Source of the DNA: Thermoanaerobaculia bacterium
Lineage (GTDB): Bacteria > Acidobacteriota > Thermoanaerobaculia > UBA5066
Direction of reading: 5' to 3'
DNA: 21,044 bases
NCBI GenBank assembly: GCA_038245905.1
Contig: JBBRRY010000044.1
Location: 1 to 21,044, forward strand
In this document: positions 7,028 to 15,901 of the stretch, in pieces
How positions within the stretch are numbered: position 1 is the first letter of the stretch
Layout of the letters: each line of letters begins with the position of its first letter
Position numbers and translations under genes: made by a program
Notes under the pieces: model-generated
Database searches by the model: none
The model's input: only the letters and a program-made list of their open reading frames with translations
Told to the model about the DNA's origin: nothing

Positions 7028-9157
7028 TTAGCCAGGTGTTCGTGAACTCTTCCCGGCGCCGTGTTCTGCAAACTCCAGCGCAGTGTTCAGTGTATCCATG
7101 AACTCGTTGACGTTGATTGGCTTGGTGAGATACCGAAAGAAGCCTGCCCGCAGGCCCTCTTCGATGTCGTGCGGCATTGCATTGGCGCTGATAGCCACGA
7201 CCGGAATGTCCGCCGTGACCGGATCTTTGCGAATGAGTTTAAGGGCTTCGATACCGCTGATGTCCGGTAAATTTATGTCCATGAGGATCACCTCCGGCAG
7301 CTTCCTGCGCGCGAGCTCTATGCCGAGGGTTCCGGTCACGGCGGTTAAAAGGCGTAGATCGGCGCGGCGCGCGATGATCTGGCGAACTAACTTCAAATTG
7401 GCCGGGTTGTCCTCCACATAGAGCACGACGCGCATTCGTGCGCCGCTCTGAACCTGCGATTGGGCTGGCGCTTCAGGCTCGCCGCTGCCAGGCGCGAGGT
7501 CAGGTTCGGACGCGGTCTTCAGGTCGAACCAGAACACACTTCCCGTTCCAACCGTGCTTTCCACACCGATGACGCCCCCCATCAGCTCGATCAGTTGCTT
7601 GGCCACCACGAGGCCGATGCCGGTGCCTTCCTTGCCGCTGGCCTCTTGCCCGAGACGATTGAACGGTTGGAAGAGCTGTGCCAGCTTTTCCGGAGTCAAT
7701 CCAGGGCCGGTGTCCTTGATGCTGACACGAATGCTTCCCGGGATGCTCGCGGTGAGAATCACCTCGACCTTCCCAGGCTCGCGGTTGTATTTGATCGCAT
7801 TTGAGAAAAGGTTGATGAGAATCTGCTTCAACCGGGTTCGGTCGGCATAGACAAAGCAAGGGACTTCAAATTGGGGAAACCTCATTTGAATGCTATGCTG
7901 TTGCGCTTGGCCTTCGATCATGCGCTGGCATTCGACCATGACCTCGGACAGCGATACCGTCTCCAGCGACAGCAACAATTTCCCGGACTCGATCTTGGCG
8001 AGATCGAGGATCTCGTTGATGAGCTTCAGCAGATGCCATCCCGCCTGGAGGATCTGGGCGATGCTTTCTTTCTGGCCGGGCGTCGGCTCCGGGGACTCGG
8101 AATCCATCAACTGCGCAAAACCGAGGATCGCGTTGAGCGGAGAGCGAAGCTCATGGCTCATGCTGGAGAGAAAAGCCGATTTCGACCGGTTTGCTTTTTC
8201 CGCTACCAACTTGGCACTCTGCAGTTCGACGTTCCTCTCTTGAAGCACCTGATCGAGGCGTTTGCGCTCCGTGACGTCACGTGCGGCGGCGAACACGCCC
8301 TGCAACCTCCTGTTCCGGTCGTAGAAGGTGGTCGCATTGTAGGACACCACGGTCTCCCTGCCGTCCCGTGAGCGCGATGTGAGCTCGTAGTTGGTGACCT
8401 TACCTTCGGTCAGCACCTGCTTGATTCCGGCCTCGGCCCGTTCCGGGTCGGTAAAGTAGTCCTTGAATGGCGCGCCGATCAGCTCGTCGCGCGTACAGCC
8501 GGTGAGCGCCTCCATCTGCTTGTTGACGTCGGTGATGATGCCTTGCGGATCGGTGGTCATGAGTGCGTCGATATTCGACTCGATGAGAGAGCGCGTGTAG
8601 AACTGCTGGTCGCGGAGGCGCTGATCGAGCCGCTTCTGGTCTGCTTCGACCTCCTTGCGCGCGGTATTGTCGGTGCCAATCAACAGGTAGCCGATGATTG
8701 CGCTTTGAGCGTCGCGCAGCGCCGTGACCGACACGACCGCCGGGAAGCGGCTCCCGTCCTTGCGGATGTAGGTCAGTTCGTAGATGTCCTCGATTCCGCG
8801 CGAGGCCTTGAAGACCAGAGCCTCGAACCCCGGCGCAATCGGGGTGGCGAGCTCCGCGCTCAGTGTCTTGGCGCGCGCGATCACTTCCTGCGGATCGGAA
8901 ATCTCGGCCGGGGTGATCTTATCCAGCACTTCTGCGGCCGTGTAGCCGAGCATGCGCTCGGCGCCGACGTTGAAGATTTGAATGACGCCCTTCGCATCCG
9001 TCGCGATACTCGAGAAGTTGGCGCTGTTGAAGATAGCGTTCTGCAAGGCCCCCGCTCTGAGCAGTGCCTCTTGTCGTCGGCCGTCGGTAATGACGTCTAC
9101 CGTGCGAGCGGCCTGGCCGGTAGCCGCGAAATCGCGACTTCTCTGTTTCTTGGACAT
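7028..9157 (-). CDS. Hybrid histidine kinase PAS-PAS-HisKA-HATPase-REC
   Basis: Two PAS/PAC domains, MSHELRSPLN, NLFSNAIKYN, GTGIGL, and a C-terminal REC (YVEDN, LMDINLP, YLTKP). Confidence 0.95.
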   Translation of the reverse strand: MSKKQRSRDFAATGQAARTVDVITDGRRQEALLRAGALQNAIFNSANFSSIATDAKGVIQIFNVGAERMLGYTAAEVLDKITPAEISDPQEVIARAKTLSAELATPIAPGFEALVFKASRGIEDIYELTYIRKDGSRFPAVVSVTALRDAQSAIIGYLLIGTDNTARKEVEADQKRLDQRLRDQQFYTRSLIESNIDALMTTDPQGIITDVNKQMEALTGCTRDELIGAPFKDYFTDPERAEAGIKQVLTEGKVTNYELTSRSRDGRETVVSYNATTFYDRNRRLQGVFAAARDVTERKRLDQVLQERNVELQSAKLVAEKANRSKSAFLSSMSHELRSPLNAILGFAQLMDSESPEPTPGQKESIAQILQAGWHLLKLINEILDLAKIESGKLLLSLETVSLSEVMVECQRMIEGQAQQHSIQMRFPQFEVPCFVYADRTRLKQILINLFSNAIKYNREPGKVEVILTASIPGSIRVSIKDTGPGLTPEKLAQLFQPFNRLGQEASGKEGTGIGLVVAKQLIELMGGVIGVESTVGTGSVFWFDLKTASEPDLAPGSGEPEAPAQSQVQSGARMRVVLYVEDNPANLKLVRQIIARRADLRLLTAVTGTLGIELARRKLPEVILMDINLPDISGIEALKLIRKDPVTADIPVVAISANAMPHDIEEGLRAGFFRYLTKPINVNEFMDTLNTALEFAEHGAGKSSRTPG

Positions 9158-9207
9158 GGCTCCCTCCGGGGAACGGGCTGCTGATTATCACAGCGTTTGA
9201 GAGAGCC

Positions 9208-9318
9208 GCCGAGATGGCGCTCAAGCTCGGAGCGGCTTTCCGGACCTCGCCGGACTTCTGGATGAACGCTCAGCGGGCTGTCGACCTCTACGAGGCCCGT
9301 CTCCTCAAAGCGAGCTAA
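9208..9318 (+). pseudogene. higA: Second, diverged copy of the higA 3' end
   Basis: AEMALKLGAAFRTSPDFWMNAQRAVDLYEARLLKAS*; 81/90 nt identical to 1792-1881, then an in-frame 27-nt deletion. Confidence 0.9.
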
Positions 9319-9360
9319 CCTAAAGGGGGTTCGGAGAGTCCGCATCCGGGAGGGGTCGCC

Positions 9361-9882
9361 ATGGCAAAGGGATTCGTCACGGGTTTTGTCGCCGGTGTCG
9401 CCACGTTGATCGTCGCCGGCTACTTCTTCCTGACGAGCGGCGCGCTGCCAGCCGGGCAGGACTCGAAGCCGGGCAGGCTGGAGAAGTGGGCTGCGAAGAC
9501 ATCGCTTCAGGCGACGATGCGAAGAGAGGCTAAGGGCTTGAAGAGCCACCTTCAGCCCACGGACGAAAATCTCACCGCGGGCATCGCGCTTTACCGCATC
9601 CACTGCCAGGCGTGCCACGGTGGGTCCGATGGCGCACCCTCGTCGATCGCGAGAGGCTTGACACCGGAACCCCCGCAGCTCGCGAAAGACGGGGTCGAGG
9701 ATGATCCGGAGGGAGTGACTTACTGGAAGGTCGCCCACGGTATTCGCTTTACCGGGATGCCAGCGTTCGGCGAGACCTTGTCGGGCCAGGAGATGTGGCA
9801 GATCGCGCTTTTTGCGAAGCACATGGACTCATTGCCGCCCGGAGCCGGCAGCGCCTGGCTGGTTGGGAAGGCGGCACCCTGA
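9361..9882 (+). CDS. Membrane-anchored monoheme cytochrome c
   Basis: N-terminal hydrophobic helix, CQACH heme motif, GIRFTGMPAF distal Met. Confidence 0.9.
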   Translation: MAKGFVTGFVAGVATLIVAGYFFLTSGALPAGQDSKPGRLEKWAAKTSLQATMRREAKGLKSHLQPTDENLTAGIALYRIHCQACHGGSDGAPSSIARGLTPEPPQLAKDGVEDDPEGVTYWKVAHGIRFTGMPAFGETLSGQEMWQIALFAKHMDSLPPGAGSAWLVGKAAP

Positions 9883-9898
9883 AAAGTATCATGCCGGC

Positions 9899-10099
9899 AT
9901 GGGACAGGGCTCGACTGGAAACGTAATCGCCGCGCTGGTCAGTTTCTTCATCCCGGGGCTCGGACAGCTCATTCAGGGACGTGTCCTCGCAGCCCTCGGC
10001 TTTTTCATCCTCTCCGGCGTCCTCTGGTTCTTCCTCCTCGGCTGGATCGGCCACGTCCTCGCCACCATTGACGCAGCGGTGTGGAAGCCGAAGAGCTAG
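9899..10099 (+). CDS. Small membrane protein (66 aa)
   Basis: MGQGSTGNVIAALVSFFIPGLGQLIQGR, then hydrophobic segments. Confidence 0.8.
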   Translation: MGQGSTGNVIAALVSFFIPGLGQLIQGRVLAALGFFILSGVLWFFLLGWIGHVLATIDAAVWKPKS

Positions 10100-10118
10100 A
10101 GAGGGTGGCGAGCTGCCC

Positions 10119-10700
10119 TCAGTTCCCGCAGCCCTGCCCGGCCGCGGCGGACTTCGCGGGCAGCGTGAAGTCGAAGTCGGCCTCCCACGAATATTTCGCC
10201 CCATCGCTCAGCTTTCCGCCCGTGATTCGGCCCGAGATCTTCCCGCCTGGAACAATGTTCCCCGCGAGCCTCTCGATCTTGAGGATGTCTTTTTCCTTCG
10301 GCAGCTCGAACACCCACTGACGGCTCACCATGAAAGAGTCGGCGTGGTTGACGCTCGTCTCCACGCTCTTCACGGCCGCAGCGCTCACCATGGGCTTGCC
10401 GCCACCAGGGCAGAACGCGAAGTGCAGCATCGTGCGTGGCTTCCCCGATTCGTTTTTGTCCGATGGGTACGAGCTCAAGTGAAACGAGTCGATCTCCTTC
10501 TCCGTGAACGGCGCGTCGGAGAAATACAGCGCCACGCTGTGCTGGTCCTCGTAAACCGACACGGCGCAGTGCTTCATCGTAACGGACTTCCCGCCGAGAA
10601 CCGCCTTCACGCTGCACTTGTCTTCCGCGAAGGCTGGAACGGATAGGGACAATACGATCAGCAGCCCGAGGACGAGGGAGCGCTGGCGTGTGTTTGTCAT
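10119..10700 (-). CDS. Secreted hypothetical protein
   Basis: Signal peptide ending AFA|E; four Cys; C-terminal AAGQGCGN. Confidence 0.8.
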   Translation of the reverse strand: MTNTRQRSLVLGLLIVLSLSVPAFAEDKCSVKAVLGGKSVTMKHCAVSVYEDQHSVALYFSDAPFTEKEIDSFHLSSYPSDKNESGKPRTMLHFAFCPGGGKPMVSAAAVKSVETSVNHADSFMVSRQWVFELPKEKDILKIERLAGNIVPGGKISGRITGGKLSDGAKYSWEADFDFTLPAKSAAAGQGCGN

Positions 10701-10758
10701 GGGGGAAGGTTAGCGCGGCTGCCAGAGCTGCCGAAGAGGTTACGATGGCGTCCGCACG

Positions 10759-11517
10759 ATGCGCATCGCGTTCATGGCCGACCTTCACGCGAACCGCGAG
10801 GCTCTCGAGGCCTGCCTCGCGCACGCACGGGCGCAGGAGGCCGACCGGCTCGTCTTCCTGGGCGATTACGTGAACTACGGCGCCGATCCCGAATGGGTCG
10901 TCGCGACGCTCATGGCTCACGTCGAAAAGGGCGGGATCGCTCTCCGGGGAAACCACGATGCGGCCGTTGGCGAATGGGGTGGGTCAATGAACTCGCCGGC
11001 GGAGGTCGCCCTGGAGTGGACGCGGAATCAGCTCGGCCCCGCGCATCGCGCCTTTCTCGCGGGGCTGCCGCTGACGCACCAGGAGGACGGCTTCCTGTGC
11101 GTGCACGCGGACGCCTCCGCGCCCTCCAAGTGGTCTTATGTCACGGACACCGAGGATGCCGCGCGCTCTTTCCGCGCGACGACCGAGCGCCTCACGCTTT
11201 GCGGGCACGTACACAAACCCGCGCTCTACAACGTGCCGGAAGGCCCCGTCGCCGCTCGCGCCGCGAAGACGACCGTGTTCCGGCCGATTGCCGGAGTCCC
11301 GGTGCCGCTCCTTCCGCGTCGCCGCTGGCTCGCGATCGTCGGATCCGTCGGCCAGCCCCGCGACGGCAATCCTGCTGCCGCGTACGCTCTCGTCGACACC
11401 GTCCGGGCAGAGATCACGACCCTTCGCGTGGCATACGACATCGAAGCCGCGGCCGAGAAGATCCGCGCCGCGGGCCTCCCCGCGATGCTCGCCGACCGCC
11501 TCACGTGGGGGCTCTGA
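10759..11517 (+). CDS. Calcineurin-like metallophosphoesterase
   Basis: DLHAN, GDYVNYG, GNHD, GHVH, GSVGQPRDG motifs. Confidence 0.93.
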   Translation: MRIAFMADLHANREALEACLAHARAQEADRLVFLGDYVNYGADPEWVVATLMAHVEKGGIALRGNHDAAVGEWGGSMNSPAEVALEWTRNQLGPAHRAFLAGLPLTHQEDGFLCVHADASAPSKWSYVTDTEDAARSFRATTERLTLCGHVHKPALYNVPEGPVAARAAKTTVFRPIAGVPVPLLPRRRWLAIVGSVGQPRDGNPAAAYALVDTVRAEITTLRVAYDIEAAAEKIRAAGLPAMLADRLTWGL

Positions 11518-11522
11518 CGCCG

Positions 11523-12959
11523 ATGGCCGCGAACCCCATCCAGAAGGGCGCGACGGTCGACGGCTTTCTCGTCGGCGAGCTGATCCACAAGGGCGGCATG
11601 GCGTCCCTGCGCGCGGTCACGCGCCCCGACATCCTCATGCCGATGCTGATGAAGATTCCCACGATGCTCGAGGGCGACGACCCCGCGGCCATCGTCGGCT
11701 TCGAGATGGAGCAGATGATCCTGCCGCGTCTCTCGGGCATCCACGTTCCGAAATTCGTGGCTTCGAGCGATTTCTCGATCCACCCCTATATCGTCATGGA
11801 GCGCATCGCCGGCCAGGCGCTGCTTTGCCGCCTCGACGACCTGCCGCTCCCCTACGCGGAGGTCGCGGCGATCGGCGCGAAGGTCGCGGCAGCGCTCGAC
11901 GACTTGCACCGGCAGCACGTCGTCCACCTCGACGTGAAGCCCTCGAACATCGTGATGCGCGACGGCACAGGCGAGGCCGCGCTCGTCGACTTCGGGCTCG
12001 CGCACCACGACCAGCTTCCCGATCTCATGGGAGCGGAATTCCGGCTCCCCTACGGGACCGCTCCCTACATGGCGCCCGAGCAGATTCTCGGCGACAGGCG
12101 GGACGCGCGGAGCGATCTCTTCGCGCTCGGCGTGCTCCTCTATTTCTTCTCGACGGGCGTGCGGCCCTTCGGCGACCCGAAGGGCAAACGCCGGCTTCAC
12201 CGGCGCCTCTGGCGCGATCCGGTCCCGCCGCGCAAACGCCGGATCGATTTCCCGCCCTGGCTACAGGAGATCGTTCTTCGCTGCCTCGAGGTGGACCCCG
12301 CCCAGCGCTATCCCACGGCGGCCCAGCTCGCGTTCGACCTCTCGCAACCCGAGAAGACGAAGCTGACGGGACGCTCGGAGCGGCTGAGGCAGGATCCCTG
12401 GAGCGCCGTGATCCGGCGCCGTTTCCATCCCGACTTCGCCCCCGCGGTCCCCCGGCAGACCGTCCTCGCACAGGTTTCGACGGCGCCAATCGTCGCGCTC
12501 GCGATCGACCTCGCCGAGGGCTCGGAGCCGCTCCACGAGGCCTTGCGCGTCACCGTCCGGCACATCCTCGAGACCGTGCCGGACGCGCGTTTCGCGTGCC
12601 TGAACGTCCTCAAGCATCACCGCATCGCGCTCGACACGACGCTCGACGAGGAGGGCCGCAGCAAGCACCTGAAACGGCTCGTGGAGCTCAAGCATTGGGC
12701 GCAGCCGCTGGCGGCGCTGGAGAACCGGATCACGTTTCACGTCCTCGAGGCGACGGACCCGGCCGCGGCTCTCCTCGAGTACGTGAGCACGAACCGCGTG
12801 GACCACGTCGTGATGGGCGCGCGGGCGAATTCCGCGCTCCGCACCCTCCTCGGCAGCGTGTCGCAGGAGGTCGTGGCGAAGGCCCCCTGCACCGTGACCG
12901 TCGTGAGACTCCCCAGGCCATTCGATCCGGATACGGAAGGTCGTTCGGGGACGCCCTGA
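11523..12959 (+). CDS. Ser/Thr protein kinase fused to a universal stress protein domain
   Basis: GGMA, LMKIP, HLDVKPSN, DFG, GTAPYMAPEQ; C-terminal USP motif VVMGAR..LLGSVSQEVVAKAPCTVTVV. ATG 5 nt after the upstream stop. Confidence 0.93.
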   Translation: MAANPIQKGATVDGFLVGELIHKGGMASLRAVTRPDILMPMLMKIPTMLEGDDPAAIVGFEMEQMILPRLSGIHVPKFVASSDFSIHPYIVMERIAGQALLCRLDDLPLPYAEVAAIGAKVAAALDDLHRQHVVHLDVKPSNIVMRDGTGEAALVDFGLAHHDQLPDLMGAEFRLPYGTAPYMAPEQILGDRRDARSDLFALGVLLYFFSTGVRPFGDPKGKRRLHRRLWRDPVPPRKRRIDFPPWLQEIVLRCLEVDPAQRYPTAAQLAFDLSQPEKTKLTGRSERLRQDPWSAVIRRRFHPDFAPAVPRQTVLAQVSTAPIVALAIDLAEGSEPLHEALRVTVRHILETVPDARFACLNVLKHHRIALDTTLDEEGRSKHLKRLVELKHWAQPLAALENRITFHVLEATDPAAALLEYVSTNRVDHVVMGARANSALRTLLGSVSQEVVAKAPCTVTVVRLPRPFDPDTEGRSGTP

Positions 12960-13003
12960 GACGTCCCTCCAAGGGTGCGACCCGCTGATATCCTCTTTCC
13001 AGA

Positions 13004-14380
13004 ATGGCATTCCGCACGATCATCGAGCCCTTCCGAATCAAGTCCATCGAGACGATCAAGACGACGACCCCCGAGGAGAGGCGAACGGCCATTGCGGCGG
13101 CCGGTTACAACGTCTTCCTCCTCCACGCGGCGGACGTGCTCATCGACCTCCTTACCGACTCGGGGACGGGCGCGATGTCCTCGGCGCAGTGGGGCGCTCT
13201 GATGCAGGGCGACGAGTCCTACGCGGGCAGCCGCTCTTTCTACCGCTTCCGCGACGCGGTAAAGGACCTCACCGGCTTCAAGCACATCATCCCGACCCAC
13301 CAGGGGCGCGCGGCCGAGCGCATCCTCTTCCACACGATCCTCGAGAAGGGCGACGTCGTCCCGAACAACAACCACTTCGACACGACCCGCGCGAACATCG
13401 AGGTCGAGGGCGCCGAGGCGCGCGATCTCGTCATCGCCGAGGGCCGCGTTCCGAGCCTCCTCCACCCGTTCAAGGGAAACATCGACCTCGCCGCGCTGGA
13501 AGAGTCCCTCGGGAAGGACGGCGGCCGCATTCCGGTCGTCATGGTCACCGTGACGAACAATTCGGGCGGTGGGCAGCCCGTGTCCCTCGAAAACCTCCGT
13601 GGCGTGCGCGCGCTCTGCGATCGATTCAAGAAGCCCCTCTTTCTCGACGCCTGCCGCTTCGCCGAGAACGCCTACTTCATCAAGCTCCGGGAAAAGGGCC
13701 AGGCGCATCGGACGCCGAAGGAGATCGCGCAGGAGATGTTCTCCCTCGCGGACGGGTGCACGATGTCGGCGAAGAAGGACGGGCTCGCGAACATCGGCGG
13801 CTTCCTCGCCATGAACGACGACGCGTGGGCCGAGGACGCGCGCAACCTTCTCATTCTCACGGAGGGGTTTCCAACGTACGGCGGCCTCGCCGGCTACGAC
13901 CTCGAGGCGATCGCGCGAGGGCTCGAGGAGGTCGTCGAGGAACCGTACCTCCACTACCGGATCCGGTCGATCGAGTACCTCGCCGAGAAGCTCGAGTCCG
14001 GGGGCGTGCCGATGATCCGGCCGCCGGGCGGTCACGCGGTGTACCTCGACGCGCGCGCCCTCCTTCCGCACATCCCGCCGCTCCGATACCCCGGCATCGC
14101 GCTCGTGAACGCGCTGTACGAGGTCGCGGGCGTGCGGGGCGTCGAGATTGGAACCGTGATGTTCGGGATGCAGCCCGACGGATCCGAGCACCCCGGCCCG
14201 ATGGACCTCGTGCGCCTCGCCTTCCCGCGCCGCGTCTATACGCAGTCGCACGTGGACTACGTGGCAGAGGCCGTCCTTGAGGTCGCGCGGAACGCGGCGG
14301 CCCTGCCGGGCTACCGCATCACCGAGGCGCCCCGCGCCCTCCGCCACTTCACGGCGCGCTTCGAGCCGCTCGCGCCCTGA
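13004..14380 (+). CDS. tnaA: Tryptophanase (PLP beta-eliminating lyase)
   Basis: EPFRIK, DLLTDSGT, THQGRAAE, MSAKKD (PLP Lys). FDTT and LRHFTA match tryptophanase rather than tyrosine phenol-lyase (FTTT, LRFFTA). Confidence 0.88.
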   Translation: MAFRTIIEPFRIKSIETIKTTTPEERRTAIAAAGYNVFLLHAADVLIDLLTDSGTGAMSSAQWGALMQGDESYAGSRSFYRFRDAVKDLTGFKHIIPTHQGRAAERILFHTILEKGDVVPNNNHFDTTRANIEVEGAEARDLVIAEGRVPSLLHPFKGNIDLAALEESLGKDGGRIPVVMVTVTNNSGGGQPVSLENLRGVRALCDRFKKPLFLDACRFAENAYFIKLREKGQAHRTPKEIAQEMFSLADGCTMSAKKDGLANIGGFLAMNDDAWAEDARNLLILTEGFPTYGGLAGYDLEAIARGLEEVVEEPYLHYRIRSIEYLAEKLESGGVPMIRPPGGHAVYLDARALLPHIPPLRYPGIALVNALYEVAGVRGVEIGTVMFGMQPDGSEHPGPMDLVRLAFPRRVYTQSHVDYVAEAVLEVARNAAALPGYRITEAPRALRHFTARFEPLAP

Positions 14381-14403
14381 CGCTTCTCCTGGCGCATCCA
14401 ACG

Positions 14404-14431
14404 AAAACGCCCCCGGACGAATCCGGGGGCG
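14404..14431 (-). terminator. Intrinsic terminator between convergent genes
   Basis: Minus strand CGCCCCCGGA-TTCG-TCCGGGGGCG-TTTT. Confidence 0.85.
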
Positions 14432-14475
14432 CGACGGCCTGGCGACATCACGTCGCCGCGGGGGAAAGCGAGGTC

Positions 14476-14739
14476 TCAGCTAGCCGGCGGAGGCGTCGGG
14501 ACCTTGACCTTCGACCAGTCGATCTTGCCGTCCTTGTCCTTGGCGCCCTTGACGGTCTTGCCGAAGGCGTTGAGCTCGGCCGCTTCCTTCTTCGGCATCT
14601 TCGGGACGTGACAGCTCTGGCAGTTCGCCTTCGCGTCCTTCGCCTTGTATTCCTTTTGGATGTCCATCGTGGCAAGCGAGGCGCTGCCGAGCGCGATGGT
14701 GGCCAGGGCGGCGACGACGGCGGTGGTGGTTTTTCTCAT
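14476..14739 (-). CDS. Very small secreted c-type cytochrome
   Basis: Signal peptide ending SLA|TM; CQSCH; Lys-rich; GAGGAGG RBS. Confidence 0.85.
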   Translation of the reverse strand: MRKTTTAVVAALATIALGSASLATMDIQKEYKAKDAKANCQSCHVPKMPKKEAAELNAFGKTVKGAKDKDGKIDWSKVKVPTPPPAS

Positions 14740-14780
14740 TCTTTCCTCCTCACGATTTTGGCGAGACTCGCCGCTTCTGA

Positions 14781-14796
14781 TTCAATCGACGTGCCA
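14781..14796 (-). promoter_or_regulatory. Putative sigma54 (-24/-12) promoter
   Basis: TGGCACG-TCGA-TTGAA versus consensus TGGCACG-N4-TTGCW, 41 nt upstream of the small cytochrome ATG. Confidence 0.6.
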
Positions 14797-14918
14797 TACC
14801 GGGGGGGGCCGGATCATGTTGGCCTGCAACCCGATAGGCGGACAGAGCCGCCCGAAGGGGGTTCCTCCTCGAGCCCACATGGTGCGGCCCCGCACGAAAC
14901 CGTGCACACGGCGTGGTC

Positions 14919-15833
14919 TCAGTCCGGCAGCATGACGACGAGGTACCGGCTGCCCTTCCAGAAGCGGGCCGCGTCCGTCACCGTGAGCGTGCTCGCCTTC
15001 GGGCTCGTTCCGGCGAGTGCATAGCTGTCCTTCGGGTGGTCCGAGAGGACGCGCGCCTTGTCCGGCGCGGCGCCGACCGGAAACTCCGTTTCCTTCCGCG
15101 TGTCGATCTGCTTGAAGAGCGTCTCGTCGAACTGGCCCGTTCGCTGCCAGTTTCCTCCGAGGCCCAGGACGGAGCCCTTCTTCTCGACGAGGCCGGCCTT
15201 CTTCAGCGCGCCCTGCGTCGCGATGAGGACGTAGGCCGTCGACATCTGCGACTCGCGGTCCGCGATGGTGGCGTCCTTCTCCTTGACGACGGCTTCCTTC
15301 TCTTTCACGGTGCCCCTCAGCTCCTCGGCTTCCTTCGCGAGGACGAGCGTCTTTTCTTCGAGCGCCGTGATCGTGGCTTCCTTCTCCTCGAGGTTGCGCC
15401 GCATCTCGCCGATCAGCCGCTCCAGCGTCGTGACCTTCTGGTCCGACGTCTTCTTCTGTTTCTCGAGAGCCGACAGCTTCGCAAGGTTGGCCTTCACCCC
15501 ATTGCGAATCTCTTCGATCTCGGCCTTCAGCTCGTCGCGCTTCCCCGGCGCGGCCTTGCCTTCCTGGGCGACCAGGATCGAGGTCCGGACGGCCTTGAGC
15601 TCCTTGACGCGTAGGTCCTCGAGGCTCTTCTGGACCTCGTCGAGCGTGGACTGCATTTCCGCGGTCGCCGCGCCGGCCGCACCCAGCTCCCGCTGGGAGC
15701 GCTGCTTCTCCTCGCCGAGCGTCTTGTTCTCGGTCTTCAGCTGCTCGAACTCCTTCTTCGAAACACAGGCCACGAGCGCGACTGAAAACACGGACAGGAC
15801 GGAAGCCCGGGCAAACCAATGAAGTTTTTTCAC
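14919..15833 (-). CDS. Coiled-coil lipoprotein, resembling Bacteroidota Cbp1-like adhesins
   Basis: GTG 15833 with AGGAG; lipobox LVAC; long heptad region; C-terminal domain AYVLIATQGALKKAGLVEKKG..HPKDSY..FWKGSRYLVV. Confidence 0.8.
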   Translation of the reverse strand: MKKLHWFARASVLSVFSVALVACVSKKEFEQLKTENKTLGEEKQRSQRELGAAGAATAEMQSTLDEVQKSLEDLRVKELKAVRTSILVAQEGKAAPGKRDELKAEIEEIRNGVKANLAKLSALEKQKKTSDQKVTTLERLIGEMRRNLEEKEATITALEEKTLVLAKEAEELRGTVKEKEAVVKEKDATIADRESQMSTAYVLIATQGALKKAGLVEKKGSVLGLGGNWQRTGQFDETLFKQIDTRKETEFPVGAAPDKARVLSDHPKDSYALAGTSPKASTLTVTDAARFWKGSRYLVVMLPD

Positions 15834-15901
15834 GATGACTCCTTGCTTCTCTTCCCGCTGAATTTTATCGCATTCCGGCCGTTCGGCCTGCCGTGCTCCG
15901 C

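Noticed and set aside
6264-7031. 255-aa plus-strand ORF as a real gene
   Set aside because: Chimera of the AI-2E fragment and the antisense of the response regulator.
10893-11522. N-terminal extension of the kinase-USP ORF
   Set aside because: Overlaps the metallophosphoesterase in another frame and is Arg/Pro-rich noise; ATG 11523 fits better.
13004-14380. Tyrosine phenol-lyase
   Set aside because: Specificity positions FDTT and LRHFT match tryptophanase.
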